Shown: positions 1 through 12,791, counted from the whole stretch's first letter. The stretch: 61,713 nucleotides of DNA, filler included, from Choristocarpus tenellus KU-1152 (GCA_964200185.2; 10 parts of 10 records of this genome joined end to end with filler, not necessarily neighbours in it); one strand, 5' to 3'. The notes: a model not told the origin generated them from the letters alone. A program made the numbers and translations.

Positions 1-27
1 AGTAACAACCGGTGGGTAGCCATGCCT

Positions 28-77
28 CAAATGAACAAACAGGGAAAAACTTGTACCCTCTAAGATACTTTCACTCA
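28..77. mobile_element. MITE family A, terminal fragment
   Basis: CAAATGAACAAACAGGGAAAAACTTGTACCCTCTAAGATACTTTCACTC matches the end of full-length family A copies. Confidence 0.8.
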
Positions 78-2288
78 ATTCGCATTTGTTTTAGCCAACC
101 AAAATGCTACAAAAGCTGCAATGTACAAGGAGAAGACTCACAATGGTTTGGGTACCATGGGAGATGCGTGTTATGTTTGCTAGCATGTCGCATCCTTTCT
201 CAGGCTCAGTCAAAACTCCGATCGTTAGGCAGGAACTTCACTGCCACACCAAGAGGTTGTCAACAGTGTACTGGCAACCCTCACACCAATGCTTCAACCT
301 GCAATCCAGAACTCCTCGCCCACTGCCTGTGCTGCCGTAAACAACCTGGTTCGGTTCCTGCGAAATGCGGACCTCGTTCATTCCAAAAGGCAATGCATCA
401 AAGCCTGTTCGATCAGTCACATCCGTTCCCCAGCCTGGGCTTCGATCCCCACTTGCTTTAGCTACGGACAGGGCAAGCGATAGAAGTTGGCACTGTTCAG
501 ACAAAGACCTACCCTCTATCGCTCAATCCACTGAGGAATGTCCAGGGAAGGGTCGAAATAGACGGAAGCTAACACGGGCTACGGCAGACTGCTCTTTCGT
601 CACAACAGACCCACTAACCCTGTTGTTGAAGATAGTTTGAATTTGCCGTCACCTTCGAGTGGCGTTTCTTATTTCTTCATTTTATCTTTTTTATAGTGAT
701 TTTTTCTTATAGATAGAGAATTGCATTTTGCACAAACTGATTTTCGTAGTAGATTTTCTTATCGCTGCTGATAGACAAAAAAACAAAATGAATTTCATTT
801 TGCGCAAACACTCTAGTGTTGGTTGTTGTTTGTGCGCTTTCTCCCTTCCCTACAACCACAACATGTCAACACCAAACACTCCGACGAATAAGAAGAACAA
901 TATGTCGGATAAATTGTTGCAAAAAATAACAATGTTATGATCTGTGTATTTTTTAATTATATGCCCTCTTAACGAACTGGTCTGTGATTCACAAAACAAA
1001 AGAAAAATAATATGTAAAAACATTTGTGTTTGAAGGTTGAAGGAGTGGTGAAGATATATAAATGATTCCCCTGCAGAAATCTTGTACCACAAATCACGTA
1101 CGGAGTACAACTCAATTTTGGGGAATGTTATAGAAATATTGATTTGTTGATGTAACGTTGTTTACCATGTACACACAAGTTGTAGATACCACTCACCATT
1201 TTATCGACACATGAATAATTGTGTAGCTATTTTACAGCACGCTCCAGAAGCTTGCCTCCACAGGATGTATAGCTCCAATCTACAGGCCTATAGATGATAC
1301 TGATGCAGGTATATAAGACTCCTGGTGCACAAGTCATCAAGTATGCAAGATCTCTCGCTTGGATTATCATCAAAATCGTCGTTTAAAAAGGAACTGGTCA
1401 ACAATGTCCTATCACAATCGGGGACCACAATAACCAAATAATAAGTAAATAGTCAAGATGTACAAATATATCAAATCTAGGACTCTTCAAGGTCAAAATG
1501 GTGTTTATGAAACCGCCATCAAGACATATCGCCTGTAAAATGCCCCCCTAGCATGAAGCATAACTGATTCAATGCGATAAACAGGTGATCGGACAAGGAA
1601 ATATAATGCCACCTCTCATCCAATCATGAACGCAGCAGAAATAAATGAGTGTCACTTCCAGGTCCTAACATATCACTTGAGGATCCAGCGGAGGAGGCAA
1701 CATGGAGGAAAACCCCCCTTCCAACGTTTGCCCTGACGACAGATATGTTAGCGCAACACTTGCACCTCACAGCACTCACTCTGTATTTGACGCAGCTTTC
1801 AAAAGAAAACGTCCTACACCAGAGTCTTGTACACACGTCAAAAATAGGGTACTGTCTAAAAACTCCACCTCTTCCAAGCTAAACAAATACATGGCTAGTA
1901 GAACAGTCCCAGAGGACTAGCAGATGCCAGGAGCCCCCAGGAGATGACTTTAAATCCCGCCAGGAACGGGCTACGACACTCAGTCATCACCATGGAGGTT
2001 CTCGACGGGAGTGAGTGTTCTCCAAGCACAGCCCAGGTCCCTGAAGAGACAGACAAGCCATTCAGGGTATTGGTTGCCAAGCACCCGAATGAGAACCCGT
2101 ATGAGCTCAGGCGAGCGAAAATGGAAGTAAAGGACAGGTTGACAATGGTGACAGGGTCTGGGGAACAACGAGATTGCCCTTCTGAGAGGGGTTAAACCCC
2201 CACCTCGCTCTAGACAAATTTCATGAGAGCGAACAGCAATTCTGCACCAGGCCTTGATGGAATATGCCCCAGTCATATTCGATCCCAT

Positions 2289-2547
2289 GAGCCAAAGTAT
2301 CTTAGAGGGTAGAGCTGCGTCCATTTGGGGGTCAAAATCCAATGTTACGATTTTGATGTTTTGGCTATTGTGCTTGTTAGGAAGTGTCAATATCTGTGTT
2401 TCGGACGCACCTTTTCATAACATAAACATTTTACCTACTCCTAAACATTTTGGAGTAGTAGGAAAATGTCATAAAAACACCCATGGGAAACCAAGCCCCA
2501 AATGGACAAACAGAGCAAAATTTGTATCCTCTATGATACTTTCACTC
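2289..2547. mobile_element. MITE family A (~260 bp), full copy
   Basis: TIR GAGCCAAAGTATCTTAGAGGGTA ... TATCCTCTATGATACTTTCACTC, central hairpin CCTACTCC..GGAGTAG. Flanks are CAT | ... | A-CAT. Confidence 0.9.
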
Positions 2548-2929
2548 ACATCATAGTGAGAAATGTTGACCATGAAGAAGTGGTGCAGGTGTTTGCTGTG
2601 CAGAATACGACAGGAATTACAGTAATATGTAACCGACAGCATTCGGGATCATGATTCGTATCTTAGCAGGATATTTATAGAGAATCAATTCTGAGTTTTG
2701 ATGTCGACATGTTCGAAATATTTTTCTCTATATAGTGCTGGAGTTTTCTAGAAATGTTGTAAGTGTTCAGGGTCAGTGATTCCTTCTAAACGTAACAGGT
2801 GCTAAACCAAGCCCGACCATCGAATATAATACCATCTCATCAAGTTTCAGCAATGAAGATCGTGTGATGATCCCATCTCTTTCTTCTCTTCCTCCATACC
2901 TACATTAACAACAGTCTAAATCTGCACAT

Positions 2930-4344
2930 TTGCCTACACCTCCCTATACTTTTTACCTCCTGAGTTTTGGAAGCTCTGCACTACTTACAGACTGTTTGCA
3001 ATTGGGGAGAAGTACTGCCCAGTCGCCTGTTGATCTTCTTTAGTAAGGCATGTGCTTCAACCCTTCTGTCCAGATTGACGCCCCTACGTTGAGATATATT
3101 TCGGAGGAATAGGTAGTTCGGTGCAGAGTTCCCAAATGAGGTTGAGTGTGCCCTACTGGATTTTCGTCTAAGGAATAGGCCTGGTGAACGGATCATTAGC
3201 CTAGATGGCAAACACGCCTTCATCAGCGTACACTGCTCGGCCTTCATCAAGAGGCTCTTCTCGAGACCCTACCTAAAACTCCTACCCTACGTGTCCAAGG
3301 GATTTGGGGGCACCTGTGAAGTTCTTTTCCCCCTAGATGAGCGAAGGATGGAAACAATGTCATCAAGGTCAGGGGCATATCGAGGGGATTCCCCTTGGAC
3401 CCTCTCCTATATTGCATGGCTGCAGCAAGAGCTCTACATCGGGTCCAGTCTACCTTTGACCCCGGGGGGGTTCCTCTCAGACTTTCCTAGACGAGACATC
3501 CATTTCCATAAAGGGAGATAAACTCCATTGCTATAGCAACCTTTGAGCAGCTGAAGACGGACCTGTACAAGGTAGGAATAGTCCTGAACATGAATAAAAC
3601 CTTTTCCATACCAGCTTGGGGCCACCAGCTCACGCCCTTGGAACTGGAAGAGTGAAAGTACCTTAGAGGGTACGAGGTTTTCCCTGTTTGTCCGTTTTTT
3701 AATGACATTTTCCTACCCCGAAATGTTTCGGAGTAGGTTGAAATGTATACGCTTTGTGGTAGATATAATATACATAACTATGAAAAGGTGTGTCCAGAAC
3801 AAGGATATTGACACTTCCTAACAAATACGATATAGAGCCAATGTATCTTAGAGGGAAGATCCGTGTCCATTTGGGGGCCAGAATCCAATGTTGTGATTTA
3901 GATGTAGTTTTTGGCTATCGTGTTTCTTAGGAAGCCTCTATATCCTTGTTCCGCAGGCATACCTTTCATAACGTACACATTATACCTACTCGAAATATTG
4001 TGGAGTAGGAAAATGTCATAGAAAAAAACATGGGAAGCCAAGCCCCAAATGGACAAACAGGATAAAACTTGTACCCTCTAAGATACTTTCATTCTATAGC
4101 CAGAATTACATCAAAATCGCAATATTGAATTTTGGTCCCCAAACGGACACAGTTCTACCCTCCAAGATACTTTGACTCGAACTCCTAGGCACAGCGGGAA
4201 TTAACCTAGCCCCGAACCCAAATGGTTTGTCACAATAGGGGGTCCAGTAGGGACAGATGAATGAATCCAAACCCACATGGCCGGGGTGATTGAGGTCAGG
4301 CTTACAAAAACTGGCCACGTATCTGAGTTCGATGGATGATAAAC
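2930..4344 (+). mobile_element. Degenerate non-LTR retrotransposon RT, CRE-like, interrupted by nested MITEs
   Basis: Manual translation across stops and frameshifts gives, in order, RLFAIGE (~RPIAIGE), FGAEFPNEVE (~QFGVG.P.G.E), IISLDGKHAFISV (~LD..NAFNS), GISRGFPLDPLLYC (~G.RQG.PL.PLLF), FLDE (~Y/FLDD) and VGIVLNMNKT. After the MITE it resumes with FVTIGGPVGTDE. Confidence 0.72.
3650..4178. mobile_element. MITE family A outer copy containing a second, oppositely oriented A copy (3835-4094)
   Basis: Outer ends are GAGTGAAAGTACCTTAGAGGG and CCCTCCAAGATACTTTGACTC with GAA on both sides. The inner copy GAGCCAATGTATCTTAGAGGG...GATACTTTCATTC is flanked by TATA/TATA. Confidence 0.9.
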
Positions 4345-4413
4345 GAGCCAAAGTATCTTAGAGGGTAGAGCTGCGTCCATTTGGGGGTCAAAATCCAATT
4401 TTACGATTTTGAT
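4345..4413. mobile_element. MITE family A, truncated by contig end
   Basis: GAGCCAAAGTATCTTAGAGGGTAGAGCTGCGTCCATTTGGGGGTCAAAATCC is identical to the start of the copy at 2289. Confidence 0.88.
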
Positions 4414-4513
4414 NNNNNNNNNNNNNNNNNNNNNNNNNNNNNNNNNNNNNNNNNNNNTTAATTAATTAANNNNNNNNNNNNNNNNNNNNNNNNNNNNNNN
4501 NNNNNNNNNNNNN
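4414..4513. other. Artificial contig linker (44N-TTAATTAATTAA-44N)
   Basis: Identical 100-bp pattern with stops in all six frames. It recurs at 11375-11474, 17732-17831, 20725-20824, 29894-29993, 33597-33696, 45384-45483, 49559-49658 and 53900-53999. Confidence 0.98.
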
Positions 4514-6673
4514 GCGTAGGATGGGGAGGGAAGGCGGTGTAGATAGGGGGCAGTTGGGGAGCACTGGTTGCCTCTGTCAAGTTGATGACAAGCTTTGACT
4601 GTTGTTGTGGGCGGAAGTGCCTGAACTTGAGGAATATCTGGCAGGCCGATCAACTGCTTCTCACTGGAAGGTTTTTGAGGATAGTTCCGTTCAATGTGAT
4701 GCCTTGGAATGAGAGAGGAGTTGGGCCTTTGCGTAGGGTCCCTCCAGGCAGACCATACCACCAACTTGCACTCATTTTTTTATTAAATAGCTAGTCCTTT
4801 TCGGTATTTGTTGGCCGTGGGGAGCACCCATGAAGACCTTGAGCAAGCACAGAATCTGTGAAGCAGAAAGGGAAATAGTTTATGTTGTAGAGAGTACCAC
4901 TGTATATGTTGCGTCAAATTGCTTTCATACATATAATGGAGGAAGGGGGTTTGCTTTTGTTGATCGGGGTGAAGCTGAATTGTACAGCGCAGTGGTAGCA
5001 ACTATCTAGAGGAGCCGAGTTAAGTAAGCACACGACATATTGCTGGAACCTTCTTTTTTCTATCCTTCTGTGCAATCAAGTTAGTATCACAACCCATACT
5101 GTTTAACATGACCTCGGCTTTGCCCAGGAATATGCTCAGTGTCAAAAATTCTGCAGTGGGTTTCAACCAATCACTAGGGTGGCGTTCAACAACCCAGCAT
5201 GTGATTTAGCAAGTTGGAGCTCAGTGCACCAATTGTGTCTATTTGATGAAAATACAGCATATAAGCTCAGCAGTCTTCAAGCTTGCTGTTAAGACTTGCT
5301 GCTTTGATGGCTCCTCCAAGAGCAAAGGTCGGCTTGTCTTTAGTGAGGACTCTGCCCGAAAGTGTGCTGTGAAGAAGAAGTGGGATGTCCAGTAAAGTAC
5401 ATACAACAAAGGTCGAGAGTCACTCCTTTTTTGGCGGAAAAAATCTTCTATGCGTATTCCTTCCCTTCTTCGTGATCTGAGGCCCCAAAGACTAATGTCA
5501 AAGTAGTAATATTAACGTGTATGATGGCAGAGCGCTCGACTGTCCGTGAATTAGCATGACTTAATGCTCACTGGATGTATTATTTAAGTTTGCTTACTAG
5601 GTCTAGGTTCCTTTTCATACTATGAAATTACCTCTCAATACTATGATTGTGAAATATTATTTATCCGTGGTATAATGGCATAATATATTCAAAAAATTGT
5701 ATCGCAGTGTTCAATTGTATTGAAGTTTGATGCATATTGATTTGTCTCTGTTTGACTCCAGGTTGTTGGTTTTGTAGGCATATACCATGTACCATAGTAG
5801 CACGCACTGCCATACAGGGCGGAATGTTGTGTGTGTGTATCTGCTCCTACACAGTGGTTAGATCTTACACCCTAACACCTGCCATACACTGCGAAGTATT
5901 AAATAAAAAGGTCCTCATAAATAATGTAGCATAAGAAAACATCCACAGTTGTTTTTTTCGTAGGTACTACAGAGTGATTCCTTTCTAGTCAACGAAGGTG
6001 ATATGAGTGTGATATTGATGGAACAAAGAGGTCCATAAAAGACGAGTCACATACCAGAGAGGTTGTGATAGGTGACGTACGACATGATGCTAAAGCAGGA
6101 CCTGAGGCAGCCAAACAGATCATCAGGGCACATCATAATACAACTCACCAATGCTTGCTGGGTGTTATTTGATTTATTTTAGTAAACGAACAGTATACAA
6201 CAGCCTCTCAGCGAAATTGAGGATGGAGCATACCATGGAGGATGGGTTTGACCCAAAATTGTACTGGTAAAAGTGTCGATATGTTTTTTTTTCGTAAATG
6301 TTGCGGCACTTTTTAAGGGCCCCTTTTTGAACGGGATATATATTTGTTCAAAAAATATTTCAGTGCCTGTGGAGGGCACCGCTACGATTTGGAAGCGACC
6401 TTGACCAAGCCAAAGGAATAAGGACAGACGGGCCCCCCGAGGGGAGATATGTATGGTACACTACATATTGTATGTATACAATACATATATACATACGTCT
6501 TCTTCTACTACAAGTTATAAATATCTGTTGGAGGGTTATATGTTGTTTGTACAAGAAAGGGGTTGATAGGTCGCATCCACCAAAAAACTAACCAAGTCCA
6601 CAAAGAAGAACGAATACATGTTTCATTCTATACATACATGAAAAGCTTGTACTTCGTATATATTTTGAGGTTT

Positions 6674-6979
6674 GGCTCAAAGTATCTGGGAGGGGGTGGC
6701 GGCTGTCCATTTGGGGTCAGAGTAAAAGTATCTTAGAGGGTGGAGCCGCGTCCATTTGGAGGTCAAAATCCAACGTTGCGATTTTGATGTAATTTTGGCC
6801 ATTGTGCTTGTTAGGAAGTATCAATATCCTTATTCCGAACACACCTTTTCATAACGTATACATTATACCTACTCCGAAACATTTTGGAGAAGGAAAATGT
6901 CATATTATAAACCTGTGGGGAGAGAAGCCCTAAATGGACAAACAGGGCAAAATTCGCACCCTCTAAGATACTTTCACTC
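6674..6979. mobile_element. MITE family B terminal fragment (6674-6719) followed by a full family A copy (6720-6979)
   Basis: GGCTCAAAGTATCTGGGAGGGGGTGGCGGCTGTCCATTTGGGGTCA, then GAGTAAAAGTATCTTAGAGGG...GATACTTTCACTC. Confidence 0.85.
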
Positions 6980-9900
6980 ACTTGTGATGGCAAGTTGGCC
7001 CGGCACGCTTGAGAGCAGCTTCTTTCCTCTAACCTAGACACTATGGATTAAGATATTTATGGCAGACTCAAGCAACAAAGAAGATTTCGTCTATTCGAAG
7101 AGAGAGATTAGCAGATGCAACCACAAAGGAGCTGCGGTGTTTCTGGGGAATCCAACATTACCACTGCTTACAGGTGTAGCGTGCACGATTGTAAAGGGTC
7201 GCAATGTAAATATATACAAGATTTAGGGCAAGATGATGTACCTGTACTTCAAATGGTGTTTCACTTGATAAAGCTTGACACAAAAACAATTATCCTCTTC
7301 TCATACCTAGTAGATAACCGTCTAGGTGGTAAGCAAAAGACAATGAAGCAGAGCACGACAAAATGGGAATGTCCCCCTTGCACTCCAATCATCCCATTTC
7401 CCAACGTTACAGTTGCTGATCACCAACCTGGTTCTTATCTCGATGACAAAGCGGGATTGGTAGAACCTAACCAAAGCCCACGTACCGAACACGAGGAATA
7501 GCAGAGAGTCCACAAGCCTAAACCACGCAAGACCTGAGAGAGGCAAGTGTGTACAACCACCAAAGGCAGACGAGGCCAAGGCCTGAGAGAATAAGAAGCC
7601 ACCATTTCCTTGTTTGTGTTTAAAAAGACTGACTACGGTGTGTATTGATAAGTCTCACTCGGACAAGGCCGTAGAAGGAATGACCCAGCCTAGAGCGACC
7701 AACACATCCACCCCAGCAGATTGATACGAGCTGCCCACACCTAGTTTCCACTAACAACCCGAACTCCATAAATCATTATTGTGACAGCTGATGAGAAAGA
7801 AGAAAAAATAGCTATCATTCGAGGCAGAGAGGTAAGGAAAGATGCATTAATGTGAAAGCTCACCCAAGTCTGTCGCTGTAACGGTCATATCAGCACTAGA
7901 TAAATTCATCAACCGCTTCCGTCCGCCGTCACGTTCGGGCTATTCTCCAGGACGAAGCACGTGCATAACCCCGTTCCCCCACCTCGTCATTCGTTGATTG
8001 TAAGATGCGGTACGTCAAATCAGAGTTCATATATGAGGACATGATGTGGAACGGGTATTGTAGTAGGATATTTCCTTGCCACAGCAGGTATAGAAAACTC
8101 GATGCTCTACACTCTCTTCCCATCTGGGTTATGTGAGTCTCTTGAGTTCGTTTCATCCCCATCCACCATGAGTTTTATCCCACTCTGCAACATGCGTACA
8201 TACTCATTGTAAAGTCGAGGTTGCACCTCACCGTTGTTCTCGTGTTGTTCTTGGAAGACACGATGCCGTCGACGCAACGTGAAGAGGTTAAAGGAGGACT
8301 TCCGGGGGGTCCCTGATCGTTCAAGTCCTCTCTGATGTGCCTGATCTTGGGTTTCGTTTATGGGTATATGCCGTTATAAAATTCTCTCTGGCACAAACTT
8401 CCCAGTTTGGTGTGGTCTCAGGTATCAGGGGTTCTTGACCATGGGCGGTTGTTTGATGATAGACCTCTAATTGATTTGACATAAAATAGTATGGTGGCTA
8501 CATTGTTGTTTGTACTGATTTCAGAAGAAGTAGAAGTTCTTAGATGTATTCCAAGATACTTCGAAAATAAATAAATGTGTCGATTGTTGTATGCAATATG
8601 TGATACAGAGCATTGTTACACAACAGTATAACTTTTGTGAAGACGGACTTCCCAAAATATAAACAAAAACCAGTAGTACCATGGATACTACTTAATACTA
8701 TTATTTGTATATTAGTATCACTATTATATCGATTTATGTTAGGAATAACAAAAACCAATAGTCTAAAACGTAGTGCAAAGAAGGTATTTCATACCCCTAC
8801 TCTCTACACCTTGAGAAAACGAAACAAATATTGAAAAAGAAAACCCAACTACCACAAGAAAAAGGGAAAAAAGAAAGAGAAGGAAGGAAAAGGAACAATT
8901 AATTGGACGGTGAGGAGGAAAACATGATTGCTTCAAAAACGTAAGGTTAAGAAAATGAATGATGGAGGAGAAATCAGTCCAAAAATATAACATAGAAGTA
9001 GACCAGTAATAGAAAGTGGTGATGGTAGTGTTGATGGGTTGGGCTACGTTAGACCCACCCTTAAAAATTGATCATAATTTTCTGTTGTACTATGTATGGA
9101 GTATAATAGCAGTAGCGCTACCTACGTTTCCCCGAACCGGAACGCCCTGTTCATGTCTTTCCTACAAAGATCCTCTTATGAAGACTGTGATAGTATCGAC
9201 TCAGCGGGGAGTTGCGGTGGTTGAAAAACGGAACCAAGGTGATGGACAGGAGAACTGATAGAAATACCTTCAACACGACCTCGACAAGTTTGGGATTGGA
9301 GATTAGGCTTGGGGTACCAAGAAAACTAGGCAACACCAGGATTTGTACGTGTATGTAGCTGACATCACAACGAGATCATATTTTTGTGGAATACAGATTT
9401 TTAGTTATGTCACAACCCAACCGATCATCAATCACATCTAAAACGATAGTAGGAGTGGTGGTCCTCAAATCAAAATATTATTTTCCAAGTAAAAATTTCT
9501 TATATGATAAAAAAAATTGGTATAACATTAAAGAAGTCAAATTTTCTCCTATTGAATTACTAATTGGAAGCATAAAATGACGGAATTTTACCTCCCCTCA
9601 TCGCTATTTGTTGTTTGCCACATGGGATATATGTCCTTTTCTTGGAATGCAAGGAAAAACCTATCACTTGTCATGTGTAGGTGGGTCAAGTGTGATGAAA
9701 AATATGTTGTTGGGATGAATTCTAAGTATGTTACAAATATATGTTCAAATTTTGTCACCCCGCCGGACCCGACAGCCCGTGTCATGTCTCGTGTGACATG
9801 AGCAAAGTAAAATATACGCCAACAAAGAGAAAATAGCACACGGTGAACACACTCTGTTAAGGTACAAACGACCAAGAGAAATACAGTAGAATTGGTCTGA

Positions 9901-10949
9901 GGAACCCAGGTCCAAGAACAACTTCAAGCGCATTTCTTGAGATAGTAGAGTGTTTGTGCAAAATGTATTCATCTAAAAGTCTTACACATCTTATTATTAT
10001 ATGTCAACATGGTTGTTCTAATACTGTATGATGGGGTGATACCACACTCCACAGTGGTCACAAAATTGGTTGAGAAAAATTTTACTCAAATTTTGGGAAG
10101 AATAATTCTACCCAGAAGAGATATATGTGTACGGACACAACTTGGATGGGTGCCAGACTGCGTTTCATGATAATTTAGTATATTGAGGCGAAAATGTCAT
10201 ATATTGTTGATGAGGGGTTAGCGTGGTTGGATTAAAAATATACATGTAGTCATTGGTTGGATGGACCACCACCATAAGTTTGTTGACCCTGGTTTCGTCA
10301 TTTAATGATATTTAGAGTTTTGACTCAACCATCTGATACATCTGATAGATAGGGGCTTGCTTTAGACGTTCTTTCAGACCACATCAGCGTTTAGAATAAT
10401 CATCATCCTACAATTGAAATACAAGCATCAGATTCATAATAAGAGCCCTGTCTATATTTCTTAGAGATCCCTTCACCCTGAACGTGTCATAGTCCACAAT
10501 GTGGAAACAGGACCCAAGTCATCTGGTAATAACCCCCTAAAAATATAGTATACAATATATCTACGTATCTATGAGAAAGTTTTATCTATCGCCCCATGTT
10601 CCGCTTGTAGTGCTTTTCATTATTAAATGTTCTGAAATTTATCATTTCTAGCTGGAAACAATATTTAATATAGGGGGAAACCAATGAAAACTATATACAT
10701 ATGTGTATATAAAATGTCCTAAACATAAGAATACTGTAAGACATTGCGTGGAAACCACTAATCAGTTACTTCACCACTATCAAATACTATCAAATACTGT
10801 ACTACTGTCGTCCTTATCTTCCCTGACACATCTGCAAAATGTCAGAGGGCATAATAATAAAATATTTAATAAAAAGCATTATGGCCTCGGTATGACCCTC
10901 GGGGCAACCAACACTCTCGAAGGTTTGATGATCTCACATAATAGTGGTA

Positions 10950-11160
10950 CCAGTAGCTTCGCCCTCTGGAGTTGTCCCGTCATACCTTTTGATGTAGACA
11001 TCTGATTAAAAACATAAAGGCATATTCGTGATGCCCGTCTCAATGCCCTCCAGAGAACGGGCTTCGTTTTCTTTTCACCATTTTTTTTCATTTTTTTAAG
11101 TAAGAGCGCGCTCATATTGGGGTTCGAACCCTGGATTGTAGGTCACCAAGAGTGGCAACG
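10950..11160 (-). mobile_element. Dispersed repeat with tRNA-like head (putative SINE), copy 1
   Basis: About 210 bp shared with 53620-53828. The minus strand carries a B-box-like GGGTTCGAACCCC near its 5' end. Confidence 0.55.
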
Positions 11161-11267
11161 GATACAGTACCTACCCCGATTTTGTGCACCCACGGACATG
11201 CCCGAAAAAAGCGGCACAGAATTGATGTTGTACAATATCGTTCTTGTAGTAATTAGCGTTAGGGTTA

Positions 11268-11374
11268 GCTGGGAATCAATCGTCCAAGCAACTGATAATC
11301 GTGGTGAGCTGGGAAATCAATCGTCGAAGCGACTAATTAATCGTGGTGAGCTGGGAAATCAATCGTCGAAGCGA
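11268..11374. repeat. 42-bp tandem repeat running into contig end
   Basis: Unit GAGCTGGGAAATCAATCGTCGAAGCGACTAATTAATCGTGGT at 11306 and 11348, a diverged copy at ~11268, preceded by TTAGCGTTAGGGTTAG. Confidence 0.8.
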
Positions 11375-11474
11375 NNNNNNNNNNNNNNNNNNNNNNNNNN
11401 NNNNNNNNNNNNNNNNNNTTAATTAATTAANNNNNNNNNNNNNNNNNNNNNNNNNNNNNNNNNNNNNNNNNNNN

Positions 11475-12791
11475 CCAAACTACTTCCCCCCGATCACTCG
11501 GCATTCCAAAGACCTGAAGAAGCACAGGTCCATGATATTGAGGTCAGGAGAGAGGTAGATGACTGCGTCACAATCCTAATCGATCACCCCTCAGTCTTCC
11601 CTTCCCCCAACAAGACTTCTGAGTTGTCCTTGCCCGTGTGGGGGGTGGCACCGTCTTGCTGAACAACAACGTGCTTCCCCTGCAACCAAGGCATCTTGGG
11701 CTTGATTGCAGGCAGTACCTTCTCCGTGTACCACTTTCTGTACCACAAATGGTCTAAAGTACAGTCCTGCTCATACACATCCCCCTTTTTATGGTTCTTG
11801 CTTGTCCTGTCTGCCGTTTTCGGCACACACACACGCCAAACACAAAGCTTTCCATCAAAGCTGTGAGCCGAATCTGGGCGGGCGTTGGCTGCAATGATCA
11901 TGTTTTGGGGGATATGACTCTTGTGCTGCACATTAGGGGACCCTGGAAGGTTGCTATCTTCCTCATACGGAAATACCCTAACCCTTTCCCATCAGCCACC
12001 ACGTAAAACCAGGTTTCACCCACATGGATCGCGTTCTCTATGGAAGTGTACACACCACGTTTCCGGTCCACTTGATCGCAAACAAAGCCCATTCTCCGTA
12101 ATGTTTGCCACGATCTAAGCTTGGGTTTGATCCAGCGGCGATTTGGCATAGCCCCCACATCATCTAACCACCTGTTTATGGTGCTTGTGCTATAATTCAG
12201 CCCCTTGACAGCCATCTTCATTGTCACCTGACGCACTGTGGATGACTGATTATCGGAGTTGATACTATGTATTGTGGCCATCTTGGTCTTTGTGAGCTCC
12301 GAATGCCACCCACTACGTGCCGCCACCCCTAGGTTAAGCGTGTGGCCACAGGCGAGCTGATTGACGACGTCCTCCCAGAGCTATGTAACGCTTAGACACT
12401 CCAAACTCCGCTGCTAGGGCCGGTCCAACGTGTCGCGGACTTGTATGCTCACCAGGGACCTTCGCGAGGGCGTGCCGCACTGCAAACGCAACTCTGGTAT
12501 TCAGGGACAGTCAGGCACCCTTCCTACGCGGGGGGGTCGACGAGGGGGTTGCCATGTCGACGTTCTGAACCTCAACGTGCCAAGTTCTGGCCTCAAAATC
12601 ACCCTAAAACACCCCTATTTTGACGGCTATAAGCACCTCGAGTTTGTACCTGATGATCCTCGACCCCCACCTTTTCTGAAAGCTGAGAATATCAACCCGA
12701 TTTTATTCTGTGGGGTTATCGTCCGATTCCGCACTTTTCTCGCTCGGTAAGCCCATATGTTTCCCGTCACAAACTTATCCCACTGAGGTAG
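11475..12791 (-). mobile_element. Degenerate Tc1/mariner transposon, plant-mariner (DD39D-like) transposase pseudogene
   Basis: Fragments RWIKPKL, HVGETWFY (DEKWF motif with D>G), KSHIP..MIIAANARP, FDGKLCVW, VVQQDGATPH and SPDLNIMDLCFFRSL, with frameshift and stop. The 5' end reads TA|CTACCTCAGT, like plant mariner TIRs (CTCCCTCCGT) with a TA target. Confidence 0.85.

Noticed and set aside
2254-2556. Recurring short ORFs such as QSILEGRAASIWGSKSNV...LLGSVNI
   Set aside because: Translations of non-coding MITE A copies; frames are not conserved among copies.
4458-4469. TTAATTAATTAA palindrome repeated nine times
   Set aside because: Synthetic six-frame-stop linker inside N runs, not biological.
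11268-11374. CRISPR-like 42-bp repeats
   Set aside because: Head-to-tail units with no unique spacers.
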